Notes: generated by a model not told the origin, from the letters alone. A stretch of DNA of 64,000 bases from Caulobacteraceae bacterium (GCA_044346445.1 JBIIZD010000002.1:549-64548); one strand, 5' to 3'. Positions 36,680 through 46,898 are shown, counted from the first letter of the stretch. Numbers and translations are program-made.

Positions 36680-37591
36680 GTGCAAAACAAGTTCGATCTT
36701 CGCAAATTGCCGCCGCTCAAATCGCTGAAAGGGTTTGAGGCGGCGACCCGGCATCAGAGCATTCGCGAGGCGGCAGATGAGCTGTGCCTGACCCATCCCG
36801 CCGTCAGTCATCAGGTACAACTGATCGAGGAGGCGCTAGGGGTGACGCTCTTTGCCCAGGATGGTCGGCGGATTGTTTCGACCGAGGAAGGGCGCGTGCT
36901 CTATCCCTATGTGCGGGCGGCGTTTGAATCCCTGCTCGAAGGGGTTGAGGCCGCGCACCGCCACGCTTTGGACAAGCCCTTGAGGGTCCAGACCTATGTC
37001 ACCGCCTCGATCCGCTGGATGGCGCGGCGTGTGCCGCAATTCTTGCAGGACAATCCCCAGGTCAAGCTGGTGCTCAGCACCTGTGCTGTGGAGTGGGAGT
37101 TTGACGATGTCCACGCCGATGTCGGGCTGGTCTATTGCGAAACCCCACCCAGCAACAAGTATCACTGGGTGCCCTTGTTTGATTACACCCTGTTTCCGGT
37201 CTGCAGCCCGCAAATGGCGGCCAGTATGGGCCCTGACCCGACACCTGCCGACCTCTTGGCCAAGCCGCTGATTGCCATCAATACGGAGGTGCGCAACTGG
37301 CAGACCTGGTTTGAATCGGCAGGGCTCAGCTTTGATGCCGCCTCAAGCTATATGGTTGTCGATACCTTGGCCGTGGCCTTGGAAATGGCCCTGAATAATG
37401 AGGCGATTGCGCTGGTCAATGGGCCGTTTGTCGATCAGGACCTGGCCCTGGGCCGTCTGGTCCAGCCGGTCGCGCATAGGGCGGTCTGCCCCGGCGAATG
37501 GGGCCTGATCTGCCGCAAGGAGCTAAAGGAAAACCTGCGCATCCGCACCTTTATGGACTGGATGATTCAGAGCGCTGCGCAAGTCTGCTAG
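36680..37591 (+). CDS. LysR family transcriptional regulator (GcvA-like)
   Basis: HTH LKGFEAATRHQSIREAADELCLTHPAVSHQVQLIEEALG. 303 aa. Confidence 0.85.
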   Translation: MQNKFDLRKLPPLKSLKGFEAATRHQSIREAADELCLTHPAVSHQVQLIEEALGVTLFAQDGRRIVSTEEGRVLYPYVRAAFESLLEGVEAAHRHALDKPLRVQTYVTASIRWMARRVPQFLQDNPQVKLVLSTCAVEWEFDDVHADVGLVYCETPPSNKYHWVPLFDYTLFPVCSPQMAASMGPDPTPADLLAKPLIAINTEVRNWQTWFESAGLSFDAASSYMVVDTLAVALEMALNNEAIALVNGPFVDQDLALGRLVQPVAHRAVCPGEWGLICRKELKENLRIRTFMDWMIQSAAQVC

Positions 37592-37595
37592 GGGC

Positions 37596-39104
37596 CTAGC
37601 CCAGCGACAGCCAAGCGGCCTTGGACTGCATGTATCCGGCCAGACATTCCATCGACTTGTCGCGCGTATTGCCAGACTGCTTATAGCCGCCAAACGGTTG
37701 GGTCATGTCGCCATCGCCAAAGCAATTGACCCAGACCACGCCCGCCTCCAGCGCCTTGATCATGCGGTGCGCGCAGTTTAAGTCGCTGGTCCAGACGCTG
37801 GCCGCCAGCCCATAAATGGAGTCATTGGCCAGCGCGATTGCCTCGGCCTCGGTCTTGAACGGCAAGACCACGGCCACCGGGCCAAAGATCTCCTCGCGGG
37901 CTATCTCCATGCCGGGGGTGACGCCGGTAAATAGGGTCGGGGCGACATAGGCCCCGTCTGGCCGGTCCGCCACCGCATCGCCGCCAAAGGCCAGATGCGC
38001 GCCCTCAGTCTTGCCCTTGGCGATCCAGCCGAGCACATCGCGCTGCTGGGCGCGCGAGACCATGGGGCCAAGCGAGGTTGAGGGATCAAGCGGATCACCG
38101 GCGCTATAGAGCTGGCCGGTGCGCTGGCTAAAGCGTTCGACAAAGGCGTCATGAATATCGGCATGGACCAATAGCCGCGACCCGGCATTACAGACCTGGC
38201 CAGCATTGTCATAAATGCCGCCAATCGCGCGGTCGACGGCTGAATCGAGGTCGGCCAGATCGCGCATAAAGATTTGCGGGCTCTTGCCGCCGGTTTCCAG
38301 CGAGACGCGCTTGAGATTGGACTGGCCGGCATAGATCATCAGCTGCTTGCCCACGGCGGTCGAGCCGGTAAAGCTGATCTTGGCTACATCCTGGTGCAGG
38401 GCGAGCGCCTTGCCCGCATCCTGACCGCGGCCATTGACGACATTGAACACCCCGTCCGGCCCGCCCGCGGCAACGAACAGCTCTGCCAGTTTCAGGCAGC
38501 TCAAAGGCGCTTGCTGGGCCGGTTTGAGCACCACGCAATTGCCAGCCGCCAGGGCCGGGGCCACCTTCCAGGTCGCCATGAGCAGCGGATAGTTCCATGA
38601 CGAGATTGCCCCGACCACGCCCAAGGGCTCGCGCGAAATGATCTGCACCGCCTCATGCGGCGAGGTGGTGACAGCCCCCGCCACCTTATCGATACATTCG
38701 CCAAAATAGCGCAGGGTCACCACGACTTCGGGCAGGTCAATGGTCAGGGCATCGGTAATCGGCTTGCCCATGGACAGGCATTCCAAAAGGGCAAGGTCTG
38801 CGGCGTGTTCCTCGACCAGATCGGCAAAGCGCCGAAAGATCGCCATACGCGCGCGCGGTGCCATGTGCCGCCAGCGCCCGTCATCCCAGGCGGCCTTGGC
38901 GCTGGCCACGGCCAGATCAATGTCCTGAGCCGTCCCGCAGGCCATGCGCGCCACGCTGGTGCCATTGGCAGGATTAAGCGCCTCAAAGCTCTGGCCCAGC
39001 ACCCCCGGCCTATAGCCCCCGTCAATGAATAGGCCAGTTTCGATCTTTAGAGCGGCTGCGCGGGCGGTCCAGGCAGCAAGGTCGAAGGTATCGGGCGTGG
39101 CCAT
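37596..39104 (-). CDS. NAD-dependent aldehyde dehydrogenase
   Basis: 502 aa. Motifs LETGGKSP, NAGQVCNAGSR, EEIFGPV. Confidence 0.9.
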   Translation of the reverse strand: MATPDTFDLAAWTARAAALKIETGLFIDGGYRPGVLGQSFEALNPANGTSVARMACGTAQDIDLAVASAKAAWDDGRWRHMAPRARMAIFRRFADLVEEHAADLALLECLSMGKPITDALTIDLPEVVVTLRYFGECIDKVAGAVTTSPHEAVQIISREPLGVVGAISSWNYPLLMATWKVAPALAAGNCVVLKPAQQAPLSCLKLAELFVAAGGPDGVFNVVNGRGQDAGKALALHQDVAKISFTGSTAVGKQLMIYAGQSNLKRVSLETGGKSPQIFMRDLADLDSAVDRAIGGIYDNAGQVCNAGSRLLVHADIHDAFVERFSQRTGQLYSAGDPLDPSTSLGPMVSRAQQRDVLGWIAKGKTEGAHLAFGGDAVADRPDGAYVAPTLFTGVTPGMEIAREEIFGPVAVVLPFKTEAEAIALANDSIYGLAASVWTSDLNCAHRMIKALEAGVVWVNCFGDGDMTQPFGGYKQSGNTRDKSMECLAGYMQSKAAWLSLG

Positions 39105-39143
39105 GGGCAGTCCTAGCGAAAACGGGGGGCTTGAGCTGAGCGA

Positions 39144-40100
39144 CTAGCGCTTGGCGATCACTTCATAGCCGGGTTCTTCGGGCTCATCATCCACCATATC
39201 GGCGGGGAAGCCTTGGCCCAGTACCTTGACGCCGCAAGGCTCTTCAATGCGCCGGATGATATTGGGCGAATGCTCGCGCGGGCCGTACCTGGCCTGGCCG
39301 TCCTTGAAAATGTTCAGAACCAGGGGCGAGATCTCCAAGGGCACGTCTAGGTCCTGAGCCCACTGATCGAACAGGCCGACATCCTTGATCACCAGATCCA
39401 TGGTAAAATTGATGTCGCGGCTGCCGTTCAAGATCACCTGGGACTCAGTTTCGTGCACGAAGGAATTGCCCGACGAGATGCGTATCGCCTCATAGGCTGT
39501 GTTCATATCCATGCCGCCGACCTTACACACGGTCAGGGCCTCGGCCAGGGCCGCCAGATGCACAGTGCACAGATAATTGGTAACGACCTTCAGGGTCGAG
39601 GCAGTGCCCAGATCGCCCGTGTGCAGAATACGCCGACCCATGGTGGTCAGCACAGGGAAGACCTTGTCAAAGGCTTCGCGCTTGCCCGCTGCAAAAATGG
39701 CAATATTGCCCGTATCGGCGCGATGACAGCCGCCCGAGACGGGGCAGTCCATGATCATGGCCCCCTTGGCCTCAACCAGCTTGGACAGGCGCAGGACCTC
39801 ATTATGGTCGGTGGTGCTCATCTCCATCCAGACCTGACCGGGACGCATGACGGCGATAAAGCCATCCTCGCCCTCGGCCACGGCGGCGCTGGCGGCGGGG
39901 GAGGGCAGGCAGGTAATGATGATATCGACGGCCTCGGCCATGGCGCGGGGCGAGGCCGCCGCCTTGGCACCGCGGGCGACAAAGGCCTGGACCAGGCTGT
40001 CATCCAGATCGCGCACCGTCACATCATGGCCGTTGCGAATAAGGCTGCCGGCCAGCTTGCCGCCAACATTTCCCAGACCAATAAAGCCAATTTTCGTCAT
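39144..40100 (-). CDS. NAD(P)-dependent oxidoreductase, 3-hydroxyisobutyrate dehydrogenase family
   Basis: Start taken at MTKIGFIGLGNVGGKLA (ATG at 40100, Rossmann GxGxxG). The 40-codon upstream extension in the ORF track is not family-like. Confidence 0.8.
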   Translation of the reverse strand: MTKIGFIGLGNVGGKLAGSLIRNGHDVTVRDLDDSLVQAFVARGAKAAASPRAMAEAVDIIITCLPSPAASAAVAEGEDGFIAVMRPGQVWMEMSTTDHNEVLRLSKLVEAKGAMIMDCPVSGGCHRADTGNIAIFAAGKREAFDKVFPVLTTMGRRILHTGDLGTASTLKVVTNYLCTVHLAALAEALTVCKVGGMDMNTAYEAIRISSGNSFVHETESQVILNGSRDINFTMDLVIKDVGLFDQWAQDLDVPLEISPLVLNIFKDGQARYGPREHSPNIIRRIEEPCGVKVLGQGFPADMVDDEPEEPGYEVIAKR

Positions 40101-40238
40101 GATTCCGGAGCCATTCTTGAGCGGTTTGAGGGTCTTTAGGGCGTCCCAGACGCGCATGACGCCCCGGATATTGCCCCAGTCATAACCGCAGCTTAAGGAA
40201 CCGTTTGAGCCGCCCCACAATTCAATATTTTCGTCTCA

Positions 40239-40535
40239 TTGCAAAATTTTTTTGAAAATATCTGGTCGCCGCGCGGTCGCTACGGCGTATCGGGGGCGAT
40301 TGCCGGGCCGATGGTCAATCTGGACCTGCGCAAGCTTTACCTTAAGGACCTGACCTTTTTTGGCTGCACGGCCCAGGACGAGGGCGTGTTCCAAAACCTG
40401 ATCGGCTATATTGAGCGCGGCGAGATCAGGCCCCTCATCGCCCGGACCTATGCCTTGTCAGACATGGTCCAGGCGCAGAAAGATTTTGTCGCCAAAAGCC
40501 ATATTGGCAAGCTGGTCCTGATCGTGCCGCAATAG
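40239..40535 (+). pseudogene. 5'-truncated MDR (zinc-type alcohol dehydrogenase / quinone oxidoreductase) remnant
   Basis: Only the last ~85 aa of the fold are present (..LDLRKLYLKDLTFFGCT....YALSDMVQAQKDFVAKSHIGKLVLIVPQ). No catalytic or Rossmann part lies upstream, and an AT-rich junction sits at about 40225-40260. Confidence 0.6.
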
Positions 40536-40537
40536 GC

Positions 40538-42109
40538 CTACCGCCCGGCCGGGACCAGGCCGCTGGCCGTCAGGCTGGCTTCAATCGCATCGAGCATGGG
40601 CTTGTTGAAGCCAGACTTGACGCTATTGGTCGGGGCAAAATCCATCAACTGATCGGTTTGCACCGAATAGGCCGGCCAGGCAGGCGCGCCCTCGCAGGCG
40701 GGAACACCGGTCTTGGCAAAGGCCACCCAACAGGCATGGACGGTTGCCGACTGGGCGCGGTCTGTATTGGTCAGCAAAAGGCTGAGCGGACCAATCGCGC
40801 GCCAGCTATCAAACACGAACGGTATCTCATAGCCGTGATTGGTCCCGGCCGAGCCCTTGCGCAAACGCTCGGGCACATAGTCGAAATGATAAAGCCAGGC
40901 TGGGCTTCTGGCCGAGGCCTTGCGGGCCACCCAGCGCGCCGGAGCGGCAAAGGTCGCATCGCGCCATAGGCGGCTGGCCAGGCTGGCATCGGTGGCGGCG
41001 TCTTGGCCATAAAAGGCCTTGCTGGCGCTGAGCAGGTCAGGCGCGGCCTTGCTCAAGACATTGGCTGGATCACTATTGACGATCAGCGAGCCCTCATTGG
41101 AATTGGTGCCAATGATCAGCGGCACAGCCAGGGCCTCGCCCTTGTCAAAGGCCAGGCTCGGATTTTGTGGCAGCAGGCGCCCATCGACGATCAGGCCCGG
41201 CTTGACGCTTTCCGCCGCCGCGATCAGGGCATCACCCGACACGGCGCGCAATTGTGCGACCGTGGCATTCTCGCCGTCCAGGCCTAGAAGCTTGGCCGCT
41301 GCCACGCCTTCGGATTGCGCCTTTTCAAACGTGCGCGGCGCGGCCCAACCAAGGCCCGACTGCACTATGGCCTTGGCAAACAGGCCCTTGGCCGAGGGGC
41401 TGGTCAAGATGGCCAGCGTGCTCATGCCGCCAGCAGACTCGCCAAACAGGGTGACATTGGCCGGGTCACCGCCAAAGGCGGCAATGTTTTTCTGCACCCA
41501 GCGCAGGGCCTCTAATTGATCTGTGGTGCCATAGCCGCCGAGGGGCGCATCGCTGCTGGCCGCCTTGGTCAGGGCAGGGTGGGCGAAATAGCCCAATAGG
41601 CCGAGGCGATAATTAATGCTGACCAGGATAACGCCGTTACGGGCAAAGCTTGCGCCATCATAGAAGGGCAGGGAGCCTGCGCCCGAGACATGGCTGCCGC
41701 CGTGCAACCAGACCATGACCGGCAGGGGCTGATCGGCCTTGGCTGGAGCCCAGATATTCAAGGTCAGACAGTCTTCGGACACCGCGCTTGGCACGCTGCC
41801 GGAGGCCGCTTTTTCCGCCGCCGTCATCTTGGTCTTTTGCAGACAGGCGGGGCCAAACCTGGTCGCCTTCAAGGTGCCATTCCAGGGCTGGGCGGGCTGG
41901 GCGGGCTGCCAGCGCAAGGCGCCAATGGGCGGCTGAGCAAAGGGCACGCCGCGAAACACCATGGCGCCGTCTTCGCTTCTGCCGACCATCAGGCCGTTAT
42001 CGGTCTTGATTTGAGGTGCCGCCGCAAGAACGGGGCTGGCCATGCCCGTGACGAGGGCTGCGACTGCGATCAGGGCTGCTCGGTGCAACCGAAGAAAATC
42101 AAGAACCAT
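40538..42109 (-). CDS. secreted carboxylesterase, type B family
   Basis: Start taken at MVLDFLRLHRAALIAVAALVTGMASPVLAA (ATG at 42109). Motifs WLHGGS and the active-site FGESAGG. Confidence 0.85.
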   Translation of the reverse strand: MVLDFLRLHRAALIAVAALVTGMASPVLAAAPQIKTDNGLMVGRSEDGAMVFRGVPFAQPPIGALRWQPAQPAQPWNGTLKATRFGPACLQKTKMTAAEKAASGSVPSAVSEDCLTLNIWAPAKADQPLPVMVWLHGGSHVSGAGSLPFYDGASFARNGVILVSINYRLGLLGYFAHPALTKAASSDAPLGGYGTTDQLEALRWVQKNIAAFGGDPANVTLFGESAGGMSTLAILTSPSAKGLFAKAIVQSGLGWAAPRTFEKAQSEGVAAAKLLGLDGENATVAQLRAVSGDALIAAAESVKPGLIVDGRLLPQNPSLAFDKGEALAVPLIIGTNSNEGSLIVNSDPANVLSKAAPDLLSASKAFYGQDAATDASLASRLWRDATFAAPARWVARKASARSPAWLYHFDYVPERLRKGSAGTNHGYEIPFVFDSWRAIGPLSLLLTNTDRAQSATVHACWVAFAKTGVPACEGAPAWPAYSVQTDQLMDFAPTNSVKSGFNKPMLDAIEASLTASGLVPAGR

Positions 42110-42451
42110 AGTCCACCTTGTTGTTTGCCGCTTCAGTCGCGCTGTGAGGCTTTGGCGTTTGAGAATAATGGATAGCCTAAACGCACTGGCTATCGGAGTC
42201 GAGATGTGGCCCTGCCAGCCCCGATCAAGCTCTATTATGCTAAGATTGAATATGAGTTCAATTCTCAAGGCTCGCACAGTAAGAAATTATGCATCCATAA
42301 GTTCAAATTTTAAACTGACCTTGAAAATATTGACGAATTGTCTAATTTTTCAGTATTAAAATTTAAAAATTGTTTTTGAATTGAATAAATCCTGTCATTA
42401 CAAATTGATAAATTTAAAAATAGATAAGGTTCGGAATTTTATCTGAAATGT

Positions 42452-43897
42452 ATGACTGTGCTGAGCAATAGGCGCGTTTCGGTTGTTTGCGGGTATCTGT
42501 TGGCTTGCCTGTTGCTGGCGGCGTATCCGGGTATAGGTCGTGCTCAGGTTCAGCCTGCCCCCAGTATGGCCAGCCCGATGGAGATTGATTTCTCAAGCGA
42601 TCCTATCTTGTCGCTATCGCGTCGTCCTAGGGATCCGGCGAGGTTTATGGCTCTGGTTGAAGCCGCCGTGCTGCGCGCGCCGTCGCTTGCAGAGGCCGAG
42701 GCTGGACGCGCCGATGCCAAGGCCAGTTTGCGCCAGGTCAGGGCCGGTTATCTGCCGACCATTGATCTGTCTTTCAGCCGCGAACGCTCCCTATCCAGCC
42801 GTATTTCCAACGATCCTCTAAACATTATTGAAAGGCTGCGCGGGCGGGGGCGGACCGATGCCATAGCGTCAGCCAACCAGACGCTTGTGGATTTTGGTGC
42901 AACCCGCGCGCGGGTGCGGGCAGCAGGCGCGCGCCTTACCGCTGCCGATGCGGAAATTGCGCGGGTGAATGATGATGTCATTCTTCAGGCCATCAGCATC
43001 TGGCTGGATGTCGATAATTTCAGAATGCTCGAAGCGCTTGCGACCCAATTGGCCGAACGCCAAGCAGGCCTTGCCAAGGCGATTGACCTGCGGGTCGGTC
43101 AAGGCGCGTCGGCCCCGGCCGAGCAGGTGCGTGTTCAGGCCTATCTGGCCAGCACCGCCCTGACCATCGCGCGCTATAGCCGCGACCGTCAGGCGGCTGA
43201 GGCGCGGTTTGAAGACGTGTTTGGCCAGCCCGCTCCTGGCGATCTCACAGCAGTGCCGCGCGCGCCGTTTGAGGTCTTGAGCCGGTTGGATCTGGAGGGC
43301 GCAATAGAGGCCCTGCCGATGATCCGTGCGGCCAGGGCTGATGCCGATGCTGCAGGTCAGGACGCCCGTGCCCTGCGGGCCGATAACCTGCCCAGCATAA
43401 CCGCGACCCTGGATGCTGGACGCTATGGCGTTTACGAAACGCCCGGCGATTACGATATTCGCGCCAGGGTCACGGTTCGTAAACGCCTGTTTGGCACAGG
43501 CCTTGGGCGAGCAGACCAGGGCTTGGCCCGGGCGATCCAGGCGCAGGCCAAGCTGTCGGCTTTGCGCAATGAGGCGGTACGCAATGCCCAGATTGCCCAG
43601 TCGGATGTCTTGGCGCTCAATAATGTCCTGTCAGCCGCCGCCTTGAGCTATCAGGCCGCTCGGCAGTTGCGCGATGTGCAACGGGTGCGTTTCAGCCTGG
43701 TCAAGGGCGCGGTTTTTGACCTGATTTCGGCGGAAGAAGCCTATAGCCAGGCCGCCGAAGCTTATGTCTCTGCCTTAAACGAAAGCGAGGCTGCGGGTTA
43801 TGTCTTATTGGCCAGGCGCGGTGACCTTGCCAAGGCGATTGATCTGCAGACCTCCCGCCAGATCCAATCCCATACCCAAACCAGGGGCCAGCCATGA
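42452..43897 (+). CDS. TolC-family outer membrane efflux protein (T1SS component)
   Basis: 481 aa with a signal peptide and two-repeat coiled-coil TolC-like composition. The stop overlaps the ABC gene start (ATGA). Confidence 0.8.
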   Translation: MTVLSNRRVSVVCGYLLACLLLAAYPGIGRAQVQPAPSMASPMEIDFSSDPILSLSRRPRDPARFMALVEAAVLRAPSLAEAEAGRADAKASLRQVRAGYLPTIDLSFSRERSLSSRISNDPLNIIERLRGRGRTDAIASANQTLVDFGATRARVRAAGARLTAADAEIARVNDDVILQAISIWLDVDNFRMLEALATQLAERQAGLAKAIDLRVGQGASAPAEQVRVQAYLASTALTIARYSRDRQAAEARFEDVFGQPAPGDLTAVPRAPFEVLSRLDLEGAIEALPMIRAARADADAAGQDARALRADNLPSITATLDAGRYGVYETPGDYDIRARVTVRKRLFGTGLGRADQGLARAIQAQAKLSALRNEAVRNAQIAQSDVLALNNVLSAAALSYQAARQLRDVQRVRFSLVKGAVFDLISAEEAYSQAAEAYVSALNESEAAGYVLLARRGDLAKAIDLQTSRQIQSHTQTRGQP

Positions 43898-45609
43898 TTG
43901 TGCAGCCACCAGCACCGCGACTGGCGGTCTGGCTAACCCAGCCCCTGCGCGAGAACCGCAAGACCTATATTGAGGCCGGTTTGGCAGCGGTAATGATCAG
44001 CTGCTTTTCGCTGCTCACCTCGGTTTTTACCATGACGGTCTATGATCGGGTCGTGCCCAATAACGCCTTTTCGTCCTTGGCGGTGCTGACCCTGGGCCTA
44101 GGCATTGTGATCGGGTTTGATTTTGTGCTCAAATCCTTGCGGGCCTATTTTGTGGATATTGCCGGAGCGCGGATTGATCACACGGTCGGCGAGACCCTGT
44201 TTCAGCGACTGCTGGCCATGCGGCTTGAGCTGAAACGCACCAGCACAGGCACGCTGACTGGCCTGATCCGCGAGATTGAGAGCTTGAGGGAGTTTTTCAC
44301 CTCCGCCACCCTGACGGCGGTGGTCGATGTGCCGTTTATCATCCTGACCCTGGTCGTGATCGGCCTGATCGGTCACAGCCTTGTGCTTGTGCCCATCGTC
44401 ATGATCCCGCTGGTTATTCTGGTTGGCGCTGTCACCCAGCCCGCGCTGGAGCGGCTGTCGGCCAAGACCATGAGCGAGGGGTTTCAAAAACAGTCCGTGC
44501 TGGTTGAGACCATTGGTGGTTTGGAAATGGTCAAGACGGCGGGCGCTGGACCGTTCTTGCGCCAGCGGTGGTTGGAGGCTGTGCATCGCCACGCCAGCCT
44601 GGGTTTGCAACAAAGGCTTGTCGGCTCGATTGCGATCAATTTTGCATCTGCGGCCCAACTGATTGTCTATGCCGGGGTCGTGGTCATGGGCGTCTTTAAG
44701 GTGGCGGATCACAGCCTGACCACGGGCGGACTGGTCGCGTGTTCGATGTTGGCCAGTCGCGCGGTCGCGCCGCTGGGCCAGATTGCCAATCTATTGTCGC
44801 GCCTGACCTCAACCCAGACCGCCTATCGTCAGATTAATGCCTTTATGGCCATTCCGATCGAAGGCCCTGCTGGCGAGGGCTTGAAAATGGGCGCACTCAA
44901 GGGTGCGATTGCTTTTCGTGAGGTGAATTTCGCCTATCCGGGCGCGGCGGAACCGGCCTTGAAAGCGGTCAATTTTGCCATTGCGCCGGGCGAGCGCGTA
45001 GCCATTGTCGGGCCTGTAGGCTCGGGAAAATCAACCATTACCCGCCTGATCTTGGGGCTCTATCCGGCCAGCCAAGGCGTGGTGACGATTGACGGTACCG
45101 ACCTGCGCCAGATGGACCCGGCCAGTTTGCGCAGGTCGATCGGGGCAGCGGGCCAGGACAATGTGCTCTTGACTGGCAGTATCCGCGAAAACATCTGTCT
45201 TGGCCGCGATGGCATAGACGATGAGGAAATGCTGCGGGTCGCCCAGGTGTCGGGTACTAGTGGCTTTATGGCCCGCACGGTCAATGGCTATGATCTGGTA
45301 TTGGCTGACCGTGGTGAAGGCCTGTCGGGCGGGCAGCGCCAATCGATTGCCATAGCCCGCGCCCTAGCGGGACGGCCCCCTATTGTCCTTTTGGACGAGC
45401 CCTCATCCTCGATTGATTCTGATACCGAAGCGCGGCTCATTCAGGGTTTGATCCAGGAATTGCAGGGGCGCACCCTGGTGGTCGTGACCCATAGACCGGC
45501 CATGTTGGCCTTGGCCGAGCGGGTGATCGTCATGGCCGAGGGGCGCGTGGTTATGGACGGTCCGCGCGAGGCCATACTGGCCAAGATTTCCGGTCCAAGG
45601 GTCGCCTAG
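43894..45609 (+). CDS. type I secretion system ABC permease/ATPase (PrtD/RsaD-like, no C39 domain)
   Basis: 571 aa. N-terminal 6-TM domain, Walker A GPVGSGKST, signature LSGGQRQ, Walker B ILLDEPSSSID. Confidence 0.9.
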   Translation: MIVQPPAPRLAVWLTQPLRENRKTYIEAGLAAVMISCFSLLTSVFTMTVYDRVVPNNAFSSLAVLTLGLGIVIGFDFVLKSLRAYFVDIAGARIDHTVGETLFQRLLAMRLELKRTSTGTLTGLIREIESLREFFTSATLTAVVDVPFIILTLVVIGLIGHSLVLVPIVMIPLVILVGAVTQPALERLSAKTMSEGFQKQSVLVETIGGLEMVKTAGAGPFLRQRWLEAVHRHASLGLQQRLVGSIAINFASAAQLIVYAGVVVMGVFKVADHSLTTGGLVACSMLASRAVAPLGQIANLLSRLTSTQTAYRQINAFMAIPIEGPAGEGLKMGALKGAIAFREVNFAYPGAAEPALKAVNFAIAPGERVAIVGPVGSGKSTITRLILGLYPASQGVVTIDGTDLRQMDPASLRRSIGAAGQDNVLLTGSIRENICLGRDGIDDEEMLRVAQVSGTSGFMARTVNGYDLVLADRGEGLSGGQRQSIAIARALAGRPPIVLLDEPSSSIDSDTEARLIQGLIQELQGRTLVVVTHRPAMLALAERVIVMAEGRVVMDGPREAILAKISGPRVA

Positions 45610-46884
45610 ATGTCACAGAATAATCTCGAAGACCGGTTGCAGAGCCTCGATATTGCCCAGCCCTCGCGCTGGCTCTTATGGGCGATTATCGGCTTTTTTG
45701 TCGTGTTTGTGATCTGGGCCAATCTTGCGCAGCTTAATCGCACCGTGCGCGGGGTAGGCCGGGTTGTGCCAAGCGGTCAATTACAGGTCTTGTCCAGTCA
45801 TGAGGGCGGGGTGGTTGAGGCCATACTGGTCAAGGCGGGTGATCGGGTGGTGGCTGGTGCCGGTCTGGTGCAGTTGGTGGAGGTCGCAGCCCAAGGCGAG
45901 CTGGCGGCCAATACGGCCACAGTGTCAGCACTTACGGCCAAGGTCGCGCGGCTTTCGGGTGAAATCGCGGGTACGCGCCCGCAACTCGGCAGCAATGATG
46001 GTGCCGAGGGGGCCTTGTATGCTGCCCGCATGGCCGAGGCAGCACAGATGAACCAGATGGCCTCCAGCCGCATTGAGCAGGCCCAGCGCAGTATTTCCGA
46101 GGCCCAGGCCAATCTGGCCTCGCGCCATGCCAGCCTGCAAAATGCCCGCTCCGAGCTGTCTGTAACCCAAAAACTGGTCGATGCCGGTATCGAGGCGCGG
46201 CTTGCTCTGGAGCGCGCGCAAGCCGCAGCGCAAATTGCCGCCAGTGATGTCATGGCCGCTGAGGCCGTCTTGGCCAGGGCCAAGGCCGGTTTGGCTGAGG
46301 CGCGTGCCAGCCGTGGGCAAAAGCGCCAGGAATGGCGCTCTGCGGCGGCGCAAGATCTTTCGCAAGCGCGCTCGGAACTGGCCGCCAAGTCCAGTATATT
46401 GCCCGTGCTGCAGGATCGGCTTAGCCGAACCTTGATCCGTGCGCCGCTGGCCGGCCGCGTCAACCGGGTTCTGGTGACCACCCTCGGCAGCGCCCTAGCC
46501 CCCGGCGCGCCCGCGGTTGAAATCGTTCCCGACCATGAGCGTCTGACCATTGAGGCCCAGATCCGCCCTTCGGATATTGGCCGGGTGCGGCTGGACCAGC
46601 CGGTCAAGATTGATGTGACGGCCTATGATTCAGCCATTTATGGCGCCTTGCAGGGCAAGGTGCGCAGCATTTCGCCGGACACGATTACCGATCAGCGCAC
46701 GGGCAATAGCTATTATCTGGTCGAGGTCACAACCCAGGGCGAATTGCACGATCCCAAGGGCAAGGTCTTGCCGCTTGGCCCGGGTATGCTCGCCAATGTC
46801 AGCCTATTGGGCGAGCGCCGTTCCATCATGGCCTATCTGCTAACCCCCTGGACGCGGCTTGGTGAGAAGGCGTTTCGCGAATAG
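45610..46884 (+). CDS. HlyD-family type I secretion membrane fusion protein
   Basis: 424 aa. Single N-terminal TM, long coiled coil, and a C-terminal ..YLLTPWTRLGEKAFRE tail typical of HlyD/PrtE adaptors. The start abuts the ABC stop. Confidence 0.88.
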   Translation: MSQNNLEDRLQSLDIAQPSRWLLWAIIGFFVVFVIWANLAQLNRTVRGVGRVVPSGQLQVLSSHEGGVVEAILVKAGDRVVAGAGLVQLVEVAAQGELAANTATVSALTAKVARLSGEIAGTRPQLGSNDGAEGALYAARMAEAAQMNQMASSRIEQAQRSISEAQANLASRHASLQNARSELSVTQKLVDAGIEARLALERAQAAAQIAASDVMAAEAVLARAKAGLAEARASRGQKRQEWRSAAAQDLSQARSELAAKSSILPVLQDRLSRTLIRAPLAGRVNRVLVTTLGSALAPGAPAVEIVPDHERLTIEAQIRPSDIGRVRLDQPVKIDVTAYDSAIYGALQGKVRSISPDTITDQRTGNSYYLVEVTTQGELHDPKGKVLPLGPGMLANVSLLGERRSIMAYLLTPWTRLGEKAFRE

Positions 46885-46898
46885 GTCGGACTTGGCCG

